The notes beneath the pieces were generated by a model. The model was given only the letters and a program-made list of their open reading frames with translations, searched no databases and was not told the DNA's origin. A DNA stretch of 64,000 bases from Octopus bimaculoides (Eukaryota), in NCBI RefSeq assembly GCF_001194135.2, contig NC_068983.1, positions 94,912,604 through 94,976,603 on the forward strand. The letters run 5' to 3'. Below, piece after piece: positions 39,826 to 52,000 of the stretch; position 1 is the first letter of the stretch, and every line of letters begins with the position of its first letter. Both the position numbers and the translations under genes were made by a program.

Positions 39826-42800
39826 CAATGTATGGTGGGCTTCCTTCATTTAACATCTATCAAATTCCACTCACAAGGATTTGGTTGGCTTGGGGCTATT
39901 GTAGGAGATATTTCCCCAAGGTACTACACAGTGAGACTGAATCCGAAACCATGTGGTTGGGAACCAATCTTCTTAACCACACCTGCACCTATATATAATA
40001 ATATTCTATCCAGGCATTTACATTTCTAGGACCTTCTAAGCCACAAGGGTAGAGATTATAAATGAAGAACTATATCAAAAATGGTGATAGAAATTATTAC
40101 AACTATTTTATCAAGATATATAATCTGAAAGATTGTGTTTAAACATTCTGTTGTATACTAGTGAAATAATTTTGTCCATTTAGAATGCACACTATTATAG
40201 ATCCATTACTAAGCTGGCAGAATTGTTAGCACATCTGTCAAAAGTCTTAGTAGCATTTCTTTCGGTTCTTTATGTTCTGAGTTCAAATTCTACCAAGGTC
40301 AACTTTACCTTTTGCTTTTGCAGCTTGATAAAATAAGTAGCAGTCAAGAACATGAGTAGCCTCTCCACCTCAAATTATAGTAGGTACAAGGATCTGATCC
40401 AGTCCCTGACATACTTGACACATTGTCCCAAAATGTTTTTGGTACGAGAAACACACATCCTCAGGACTACTTATAAACCTTTATTGTATATGACTTAATA
40501 AACAATTCTTTTGTGATTCTTTATGCTTATGGCTAACAAGATAAGCTAGCTGGTATTTTATCTTCATTGTGTATTTTATTACAGCAAGGAATTGAGTCTG
40601 CTCCACTGTTTCCTATCTTGGTTGAAAGTGAGGGTTCACAGAGAGTTCCTGCAAACAATAATGTACTACAGCCAAGTTCAAGTTCAGCTGATGGTGGAAG
40701 TGAATCTGTAACAACACAAAATAAAGTCGACTCCAGTGTAACAGCACCAGCAAGCACTTCTGAGGGAGAAGAAATGCAAGATGGGGCCACGTAAGTCAGG
40801 CTTTTTTTAAAAAATAAATCTCCAAATTATTTACAACATTGAGATTTGTTGCAAACAACGTCTCTTAGTCTTGAGTTCTTTTTGTTATAGTTGTAATGTG
40901 ATTACTACTGATTGTTATGCAGTGTGTTCTATAGTCTTTGTGATATGGTTGTAACTCAGTTAATACTGAATATGTTATTATGTGGATTGTCATATATCTT
41001 TTGTGACATAGTTGTAACATATAAAGTTTGTGCAAAAAAAGAGCAATTAACTGTTTTTTAAAAAACCAAATTTTCGCTTTACAATTTAATGAAACTTATC
41101 TCCTTCAATATAATCCCCTCTCCTGTTGGTAACATCACTTTCAACTTTTTCTTATTGTTTTGGAACATGTCCTGATGCATTTTCAAGAACAGTGTGCTAT
41201 TCATGTAGTGAAGTTTTTTGATTTCCTCTGTTATCTAAAATCAGTGATCTTTCAGACTGGGTGTCAACTTTGGGAATGCAAAAACATAAGCAACGGCTAA
41301 ATCTAGAGCAGGGCACCAACGTTTTGGCAAAACATCATGGATAACAAGTGACATGTGAGAAGATGCATTATGTTGCCTCATCCTAGTTTTGTTTATCCAT
41401 TCTCTTGCATTGTCTCTCTCAAACACCTCTAGACATCCAAGTAAAATTGTCTATTGATTGTCTGGTCAAATGGAAGAAACTTGTGATAAAAGACACCCTT
41501 CCATTCAAAGAAAATGTTTCAGCAACTAAGACATACCTGTTTTGGACACAACAACAGTTTCCCATCTAATTGCATTGAATACCATTTTGTTTTCATTAAA
41601 ATAGCAGAGATTTATATTTATCATCTGTTATTATAGTTTCAAAAAAGTGTTATTAGTATTCAAACAATCAAACTGACTGATTGTTACTCTGTTCTGTTTT
41701 GTTTGTCTCTCAGCAGATTTAGCACAAATATTTTGGTAGCATGATGCATTTTAATTATTTTCTTTTAAAATCACATAGCAAGGACTTTTACAAATGCTTA
41801 TTTCTTGAGAAATTCATTGGCAGTACAGTGACAGTTTTTTTCAGATCACAGCACACACTTGTATATAATTGTTGTCCATTGTCTTTGAAGATAATCCTGG
41901 GTTGGAATCACTTTTGATGTCTTCTTCCTGTTTATAAATACTCATGTTACACACGAGATTGTGTGTAGCTGAAGCAGTTCTCTCCATAAGCCTCTTGCAA
42001 CATTAGAAAATTCTCTATATCCGTCATTGTTTAACTTATGGCAAACCACCAAGTGTACTAAACATACATTCATTCCGGTGCATATAGATTGATGACTAAT
42101 TGATATAATGTGATATGGTTATTATTAAACTGCAGGCCAATGTCACCCATACACAGCACTGTTATCACAAGCTCACCATGTCAGCTGATTGGTGCACTGT
42201 CTTAAAAGATTGTTTCTTTTTGGACAAACTTCATATTTGTAACTATGGTAACACTGAGTGTGTTATAGTATTAATGAATATTGTATAATATTCTGATATA
42301 TGTAATATTTACATTTTGTATAATATTCTAATTCCCCACAGCACTGAAACCACTCATTCTGATACTAACATTTATTGCAATATATATTTCATAAAAATTT
42401 TAAAGCCTGTTTATGAATGTAAGAATTAATTCAATTAATATATTTGTTTAGTTCTGAACCTGTTTTTACTGAACAAGACTTAGTCAATCAGTGCCAAGAT
42501 GACTATGAAAATGGTGGATACAGCCCAAAACTTCTTCGCTTGGATGAATTGGAGTTTGATGCCATTGTCTTTGATCCTGTTGATGATTTGAAGAAATTAG
42601 AGCTAGCTCGAGAACAAGTGTTAACTACAGGTCGAGTCAAAGTAAGTTTATACTTAATTCTTTTTTTAATGACAACCAAAGGAAGAGGAGAAGTGCTATG
42701 ATCTTTGCAGACCCATCCAAACATTTGAATATTTATAGATTGATATCTGTAGGAAAATTTTGGAGGAGAGACTTCCAGAGGGTTGTAGTTCTGGGGGAAA

Positions 42801-45800
42801 AGAACTGTGAGTGTGAGATATAGGTACCATACAGTAGGAGTGGTGAGAAGAGGAGGAAAGATGAGTTAGTCAGTTCAGATTGCTAGTTCAAAGGAGACAA
42901 AGCCAATGTTGTATTGATTGAAAAGGCAGAGAAGAAACAGCATGTCTGTAAGCATGTGGTTGAAGTGTGTTCGTGATTGAAACTACATTAATCAGTTAAA
43001 TGACTTTCTGCTTTCAGTTTAGGATATTTATGTGTATAGCAGCAGCATGGTCATGTAGATGTCAGCACAGTATACCTGTGAGAGTCAAGCATACACACAT
43101 ATCTATTAATATCTGCATACATATCTATACATGTGCACACACATACTCACACACACACACAAATGCATAAAATATTTCTGAAAGTATGAATATAGTGTAG
43201 CTCAATAGATTTTTCAAATATGTGTTGGTTTATATAAATTTGCAAATCTATATCTTATTTGAACAACAGATGCCCACAGAAAATCTGTTTTTCCAGACAA
43301 TTTATTAAAGAATGATAAGGAGAAAGCAAAAACCCCCATTAAAATTCTTATCTTAGGCACAGCTGTGTTACTAATAATACACGTTTAAAATAAAAGCTGT
43401 TCCTCACACCATCATTTTCATTTTACATATCCATTTTTCCATTCTGACACAGGTTGGGCAGGCATTTTTCTAATACATTGTCTTCCTACCTGTGGTTCTT
43501 TGTATTCTGATACAAACAACAGAGGAAACATGACAATTTTTGTTACTGTGTATGTCATATTTTCTTCAGCTTGTTTTTTTGGTTGGCTGTCCTTCCTATT
43601 GCCAACTATTTTAGAGTATGGACTGGGTGTATTTTATCATGCCAGTGATACTCAAGAGGTTTTCTGCGAGGACTACAGAAATTCTTTTACCATGTATCAG
43701 TTTTTGTTTTGAAAATGCAGTCAATGCATGCACAATCTTAAACCTTCCTAAAGAGGACCATCTGACTGACAGCAACAATTCACCGGCTCACAGTCTCTGT
43801 TCTTTTTTCTGTCTTTGTTGTTACTCGTATTTACTACACCACAATTTACTGCCACCCAGGCTCATCCAGTTATCCCATCTTTTATGCTATTTCTGCACCA
43901 AACACTTTATATAGTTTTTCTGTCCCATAAACATAACTATCTGGTATCCTGCCTTGCCTGTGTTTTTCCTGCAGGCACCAAAATAATGATAACATCCAAA
44001 TTGCTACCTAAGCAGCTGAAGGTTATTGGAATTGAGACTCTGCATTGTCATACTGCAGAAAAATGCAATCCTATATTCTGCAAGAATCCTAAGAAAAATT
44101 CTTGAGATTTGAGAAGATTCGCTGTTATCAAACTTCAAGGTAACATCCTTGCTAGCTAACATAGCATGTAACAGTTATAATAAATAATAATAGTGATAAT
44201 CCTTTCTATTAAAGGCACAAAGAACTTAATTTATTGACCATCAAAGTCAACCTCAGTGGAATTTGAAATGAAAGGTAATGATGGGTGAAATACTGCTAAG
44301 CATTTTATCCAGCATGCTAACAATTCTGCCTCCCTTTCTGTTCTAGCTGTAATGATCTCTGCTCCTTGTAGTTACTAAATTTTGAACCAACACTGCTTTG
44401 GGCCTACTTTTCTAAATAGACATTAAACTTCTCTGTTTTATACATGATTTGTTGATCATGTCACAGTTACTTATGTATGATTTCTCTGTTGTAGACAACA
44501 GAGTGAAGACCTTTTGAATGAATGGCCAGTATCTTGTATCCTATCACCAAATAGCATTGTTTCCATAGCAAAGATATTTCATTCTGTCCACCTGGGTTAT
44601 AAATGACCAATCCACTTGTACAAAGAATATTTTGTTAGCTTCTTCTGCAGCTTGAAATCTTCCCATTTACTGGAAGACAACCACAGTAAACCAGCCTTCT
44701 TACTTTTTATCAAACTCTTATCTTTGAAGATACACTGATCATTGAATACTTAAATCTCTGCCACTGCCATCTTAAGCACTATAAACTGATAGAAAATATA
44801 AGAAAAATCCTTAATTTACATGTTACAGCTCATATTGACTACATCAGATCCAATCTCACCTCTGATAATTATCTCCATTATTTGTTACAGACGCTTGAGA
44901 ATCAGGACTATCTTTTGCCTTTCACCTTTTACTTGTTTCAGTCATTAGACTATGACTATGCTGGGGCACTGTCTTGAAGAATTTTTAGTTGAATGAATGG
45001 ACTTCCATACTTATTTTTTTATAAACTTGGTACTTAATTTATCAGTCTGTTTTGCTAAACTGCTAGATTACGGGGACATAAATATACCAACACCAGATGT
45101 CAAGCAGTGGCGGGCAGCAAACACAGACACAAGAACATGCACACAAAAATGACAAGCTTTTTTTAGTTTCCATCTACCAAATCCACTCACAAGGCTTTGA
45201 TCAGCCTGGTGCTATAGTAGAAGACTCTTACCCAAGATGCCACACAGTGGGACTGAACCTGGAACCATGTAGTTGGGAAGCAAGCTTCTTACTACATAGC
45301 CATGCCTTACTGTTGTTTCATAGATTAGCCCCATGGTAGGAGTATTAGACTGACATAAGAGATTCTCAATGTTTCAGATTGGATTCACTTAACTACAGTT
45401 TTCACTTGAATTTGCTTCTTTCAGTTGGATATGGAGACTGAATTTGAAAAGAAGGCTCGTGAAGGGATGGGTGATGATGAAGCACAATTCAGTGTTGAAG
45501 TTGCTCTTGACCAACAAGCCTTCCTGTGGTCAAACAAGTATCGACCAAGAAAACCACGTTTCTTCAACAGAGTTCATACGGTAAGTTGTATTCCTTTTTC
45601 TTTATACATCTGTTATTGTTGATTCTGAACAGGAACTTGCACTATGCAACTCCATTGTGATATGTTTGTTTTTGTTCTTTTTTTTGTTTTATTGTTTTTT
45701 TGTAAAGGCTGTTGGCCTAGACATTGAAACAGTTTGGTAACTAAAGTATGATTGCTGCTGTGGCAAGAATATTATGAGTGACACCTTGAAATTTCTGCTC

Positions 45801-48800
45801 CATGATAGCTATATTTTTTGTGTTATCAAGCCACATTCATGGCACATCATTTAATGGTGTTATGTCATATATACATCGAATTTTCAAACACAGTAAATAT
45901 TGTATCTGTTTCACATCAAAATATTAGCCATTTATTGAATTTCATGCATTGAATTACTATTTTTATGATGAATTAAAAATCATTTACTTTTTATACATTA
46001 TTTACAATTGACGGATATTTGTCCTCATCTTATTTGTTGTTAACACAACATTTCGGCTGATATACTCTCCAGCCTTCATCAGGTGTCTTGGGGAAATTTC
46101 AAACCTGGGTTCTCATTCCTAAGGTATTTTCGATGTTGTTGTTATTATTATTATTCAGGTCACTGCCTGGAATCGAACTAATCTTGGGGTTAGCAGCCCG
46201 CTCTCTTAACCACTATGCCATATGCCCATGGGTATATCAGCCGATACGTTGTGTTAACAACAAACAAGATGAGGACAAATATCCGCCAATTGTAAATGAT
46301 GTAAATAATGTACATAATTCCTCATCTTTTAATTATAGAACTGGATTTACCTTTTATATTTAATAATTAATATCTATAATTTTAGTCTGGGTAGGCACTG
46401 TCTATTTTCCCTTGGCTGCTTATCTCTGAGTACCATAGAGAAAAATATAGAGGGAAAAGGCTAGACATACTTAACTTTTAGTGTCTCTTGAGCCAATTAG
46501 TTGTCTTTTCTCTCTCTTTCTCTGAGTGTGTATATATATATGATGATCATGGTCTTCTATGCAGATTCTGTCAACTAAGTTTATTCACAAGGCATTGTTT
46601 GGCCCAGGGCTACAGTGGAAGACACTTACCAAAGGTGCTGCCCAGTGGGGCTGAACCCCAAACTGTATTGTATCAAACCAAACTTCTTAACCATGCAGCC
46701 ATACTGTATGACTTTTTTCTTCATCCTTCAATGTGGCCTCAGCGACAATAGCAATCTACCTGTCCTTATCCACAGTAAAAAACAAATTATTCATAGATTT
46801 TGAGTTGATTTGCATGACACTTAGCAACATGTTAAGTAATGTTGGATTGAGTAGTTTCTTGATACCTTTCCCACTAAGTTTCATTGTTTTTTTAAAGTTT
46901 TTCTATATATTTTAATTATTCTTTTTGAGCATATGTAGTTTTATACATATGTGTATGTGAAATGTCTTGTTTTATGCAATGACTATATAAGCGAATGAAG
47001 AAAACGTTTCAGGAATACATATGTTTCAGTGTGTTCATACAGCAGACGGGTGTATTAAATTCTTGGGCATATTGCACATGATAGCTGACAGATGGACATG
47101 TTTCTTTCCTTAGAACAAATATCACTTCAGTAGATGTAAAGCATAGCTAAAAAGTTCTTTATGGTGACAGTTATAGACTGAGTTTCAAGGAAAATGGTTA
47201 ACTGAGAAGAAAGAAGTCTTACTTTAAATAGAATTAAATACTAAAACAATAATAAACATAACATTAGTTTCTTGGAACTGATCTCTGTCAATCACCTTTA
47301 ACTACTTCTTAATAGCCATCAAAATTTGATTGTTTCCTACAAATTTATGATACATTTCTCTTATATAAGTTTCAACAAAGGTGAATAAGTATTTTAGTTG
47401 AAGGGAGTCATATTTATATTTGAGTAAGTAATCACTTTTTGATTTCTTCCCATTTCAGGGCTTTGAATGGAACAAGTATAACCAAACTCATTATGACATT
47501 GATAATCCACCACCTAAAATTGTACAAGGATACAAATTCAATGTAAGTATCTCCCCTTCTCTGAAGGCTAGGAAATTAACCTTTCATCTCATTTTCATTA
47601 TTTTCTACCCATTATGTAACTTTTTTTTTTTTTTGGCATCAGTATGAATTCATTGGTTGGTTCAGAATATTTAGACACTCGAATGTGTGCTAACCCTGTT
47701 AGTATTTATTCACCTGAAATAGCCTCTATGAAACAGAACATCTCACATAATTTAATGTATTCACACTTAAATTAACATCTTCCATCAAAATTTTATTTAA
47801 GAAATGTTTGTTCAGTAATGTTCCAACACTGGCTTAATAATAGGATAATTAATTATTCTCAAATTCTCTTCATACTAATTGGAAAAAATGCATGGTATAT
47901 TTCATTAAAAATATGATCATGAAAACATTAACAAACATATTTCAGTGTTCAGATATTTTAATTAACAGGTATATCTACTATGGATCAGGTTTAATAGTAC
48001 TAAGAACTTGCTGGAAATATCTCTGGAGGAAATAGACTGTTGCACAGAATGCTTAAATGAAGAATTATTCATAAGCAAATATTCTTAAGAATTCAAGTTA
48101 GTAGATTCCTGAAGGAGTCTCTGAGTGTATGAGATGAGGGTCTTGAAAGAATAGTAATGAAAAACAAAACAACTTCCAGTAAGACTTTGGATGTAACAAA
48201 TAAACTCACATATTATATTCTATCGAAAAATTTGGTTAGTGTATAATTATTATGAATAAGGATTTCTAACATAAATACAAGACCAGAAGTTTGGGAGTAG
48301 GTGTTAGCTGATTAAATCAATCCTAGTATTTGAGTTGGTTGGTTAATCCATATTACTTCATAAGGAGTATAGGGCCAGTTTCCCAGTTTCTCTAGCATAT
48401 ATATATTCTTCCCTGGACAGGACACCAGCCCATCGCAAGGTTATTCATTTTTACCTGTTGAGTGAACTGGAGCAACATGAAATGAAGTATTTTGTTCAAA
48501 AACACAACGCATCACCAGATCGAGGAATCAAAACCATGATCTTATGATCATGAGTTCAACACTCTAAACACTGAACCCAGTATTTGACTGGTACTTTATT
48601 TTATCAACCTCAGAAGAATGAAAGGCAATGTTGGCCTGAGTGGGATTCAAGCTTAAAATGAAAAAAGAAAACCATAAATAGCACAAGGCATGAAAATTAT
48701 AGTTAGTTAAATCAACTCAAATACTTAACTGTACTTATTTTATTAATTCCAGAAAGATAAAAGACAAAGTTGTGTCAAGCAGAATTAGAAACTGATATTG

Positions 48801-49004
48801 ATTTGTTACACAACACCACAAATATTACAGAATAGGAACCTAATTGATTGAATCAACCCCAGTACATGACTGTTTATTTATTTATTTAACTCTGCTAGGG
48901 TTAAAATTAAAGTCAACTTAGGTGACATTTGAACTCAAAACACAAAACTAAATATTTGCAATATTTACTCTAGCTCACTACTCTTTTTGCTATTCCACTA
49001 CCCT

Positions 49005-49040
<36 letters not shown>

Positions 49041-52000
49041 TTCTACTAAAGGCACAAGGCCTGAAATTTGTGGGGAGTGGACTAGTCAATTACATTGACC
49101 CCAGTTTTCACTGGTACTTAATTTATTGATCCCAAAAGGACAAAAGGCAAAGAACCATCCAGTGGTTCTTGAGATATCTTGTCCACAGACAAACAAACAA
49201 ACATGACTGAAAACAATACCTCTGCCTTCACTAAGATGGAGGTAATAATGATTTCAAATTTTGGCACAAGCCCAGCAATTTCGGGTGAGTGGGAAGTCAA
49301 TTACATTGACCCCAGTGTTCAACTGGTACCTATTGTATCAACCCTGAAAGGATGAAAGGCAAAGTCAACTTTGGTGGAATTTGAACTCAGAACCTGAAGA
49401 CAGATGAAATGCTGCCAAGCATTTTGTCTGGCATGCTAATGATTCTGTCAGCTCATTCTTTCTACTATAGACTGAAGACCTGAAATTTTGGGGGAGGAGG
49501 AGTCAAATTGACCCCAGTGCTCAACTGGTACTTATTTCGTCATTCTGAAAAGGATGAAAGGCCAAGTCAACCTCAGTAGATTTTGAACTCAGAACGTAAA
49601 GACAGACGAAATGCTGCTAAGCATCTTGGCCAGCATGCTACCAATTTTACATTGGTAGCATGCTGGACATTCCACTCTGAGTCACCAAATCATCTCATCT
49701 TCTCCACTATCTTATGTCTCCTCATACACTACACCAGCCTCTCATACTCTCACAACCTACTCAACTACTTGTCATCTCTTTCTCTCTCACATAAATATCC
49801 TTCCCCTATTTATTATATTATCATTACTGTTCTGCTGTTCTTCACCACCATGTGTTATTGGTCATCCCATCAATTTATCCATTGTTCACTACAAACACCT
49901 CTCAATACCTGTTTTTCAGTCATATTCACCCCTTTACCCATTCCCCATTTTTCACTCTCCCAATCTCTAATCACCCACATTCCCAGTTTTACCTCTATTC
50001 ATTTCTGCTCACCTCATATCTTAGGTGGGGGAGGGTCCACCTTGATCACCTCCACCCACCCTCTAATCTAAAGGGTGAGTTGCTATATAACACTTCTACA
50101 GCAAGAACCCTGTTCTGGTTTGGCCCCTTCCTCTCTTACTTTAAACCTCATCACCTTGCATAAAGCTGCAGTTCTCAAATTTACAAGATCACCTCAGTAC
50201 AGCAGGAAATTTATTCTATAATGAGATTACAATCACATCATGACAATACTCTAAAATGAGGTATTTGGGACACATTGATGTATGAAGTGTTATTTGATGT
50301 ATGAAGTGTTATTTGATATATGAAGTGAGTAAGAAGGTTAACAGTTACGGAGCAGTGATATATCAATCACCAGTGTTTTAATGCAAACAATTATTGAAAG
50401 AAAAAAATTTGGGTCTCTTTTCAGATATTCTATCCTGACCTTATAAATAAAGCTGATACTCCAGAATATGCTTTGGTAAGTTTTTCCCACATTTATTTCT
50501 GCAAAACTCTTCTGAGACATTATATTTCAAAAAATAAATTAATTTACTAATTAATATTGGACTTTCACACTCCTAAACTATATGACAAGCATGGATTGTT
50601 GTTCCTTTTCCGAGACAGACATAGTTACAACTACAGATGGAACAAATAAAAATTTACTAAACCTTCTCTGAAAAGCAGTCTTGGAAACTGATTTCTATGC
50701 CGAGTTTAACCTTTAGCACATTGCATTTTTTTCTAGAATTACCGACGTTGCCTTCTTGTGCAGGTGGCACGTAAAAAACACCATTTTGAGCGTGGCTGTT
50801 GCCAGTACCGCCTGACTGGCCTTCGTGCCAGTGGCACGTAAAAGCACCCACTACACTCTCAGAGTGGTTGGCGTTAGGAAGGGCATCCAGCTGAAGAAAC
50901 TCTGCCAAATCAGATTGGAGCCTGGTGTAGCCATCTGGTTCACCAGTCCTCAGTCAAATCGTCCAACCCATGCTAGCATGGAAAGCGGATGTTAAACGAT
51001 GATGATAATGATAATGTTTCCCCTGTCACTGCCCTGTTGTTACAGGGGAGAAAACTCATACAGTGACATGATGCACCTACAGTGTGCTAAAGGTTAATGT
51101 AATTTGTTTTATATATGAAAAGACATAGTTTATGATTAATATATTGGAAGTATGATCATAAACATCATTGAAACATAATGCAGTTATATTGTATGCAATG
51201 ATGAATGACAATGAAACGTGGAGCAGTGTTATTACATTGGTATTACACATGTGATGTATGACAGTGACCCTTCATAATGTGTCATAAGTATGGTGGTATA
51301 TTCTCTGTTTTATCATTATCATTTTAATATTCACTTTTCTATGCTTGCCTGGGTCAGATGGAGTTTATTGAAATAGACTCTCTGTGGCTGGATGTCCTTC
51401 CTATCACCAGCCCTTACCTGTTTCTGATCAAGGTAATATCTCCCCATGGCCAGACATGTTTACACAGAATATTGGAAATCACTCAACATCAGAATAAGAA
51501 GACGCAGACACACAAACACACACAAATCCACTTACGAGGCTTTAGTTGGCCGAAAGTGCCACACTGGGACTGAACCCAAAAATCATATTGTTGGGAAGCA
51601 AAAACCTTACTCACACAGCTATGCCCAATGCTCCATAAATGGGTTGATGGCTGATGCATCATAAATGTTGTGATGTGTGTCTGACATGTGAGGTAGTAAT
51701 ATAGTAAAATGTACCAACATAGAGCAATCATACAGTATGATGCATGCAAGTAAAACAATTGTATCTGGCTATATTTGTTTTATAACTGGGTGATGTTTGA
51801 GGTGGGGTTGTGAATGGATCCGAGTGAGAGATAGACTAATTAAGAATTTTGAGAAGTTAATTGACATAGATTATTAAAATATTTCATGAGAAAAACCTTT
51901 ATATCTAATCTAGTATTTCCTAACCTTTTCGTTCTTGGGGAAACCTTGAAATACAATTCCATATCTCTGGAAAACTGTATAAAAAAAAATTATTATATAT

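Noticed and set aside
44495-44502. Possible Cactin micro-exon after TTGTAG in intron 14
   Set aside because: Weak donor, 8 nt would shift the frame, and exons 14 and 15 already join in phase.
46158-46227. Functional tRNA-Ser gene
   Set aside because: Acceptor stem and T-stem do not pair and it runs into a repeat body; it is a SINE head.
49583-50071. 162-aa ORF
   Set aside because: Starts in a SINE and continues through pyrimidine-rich decayed repeat sequence; no motifs.
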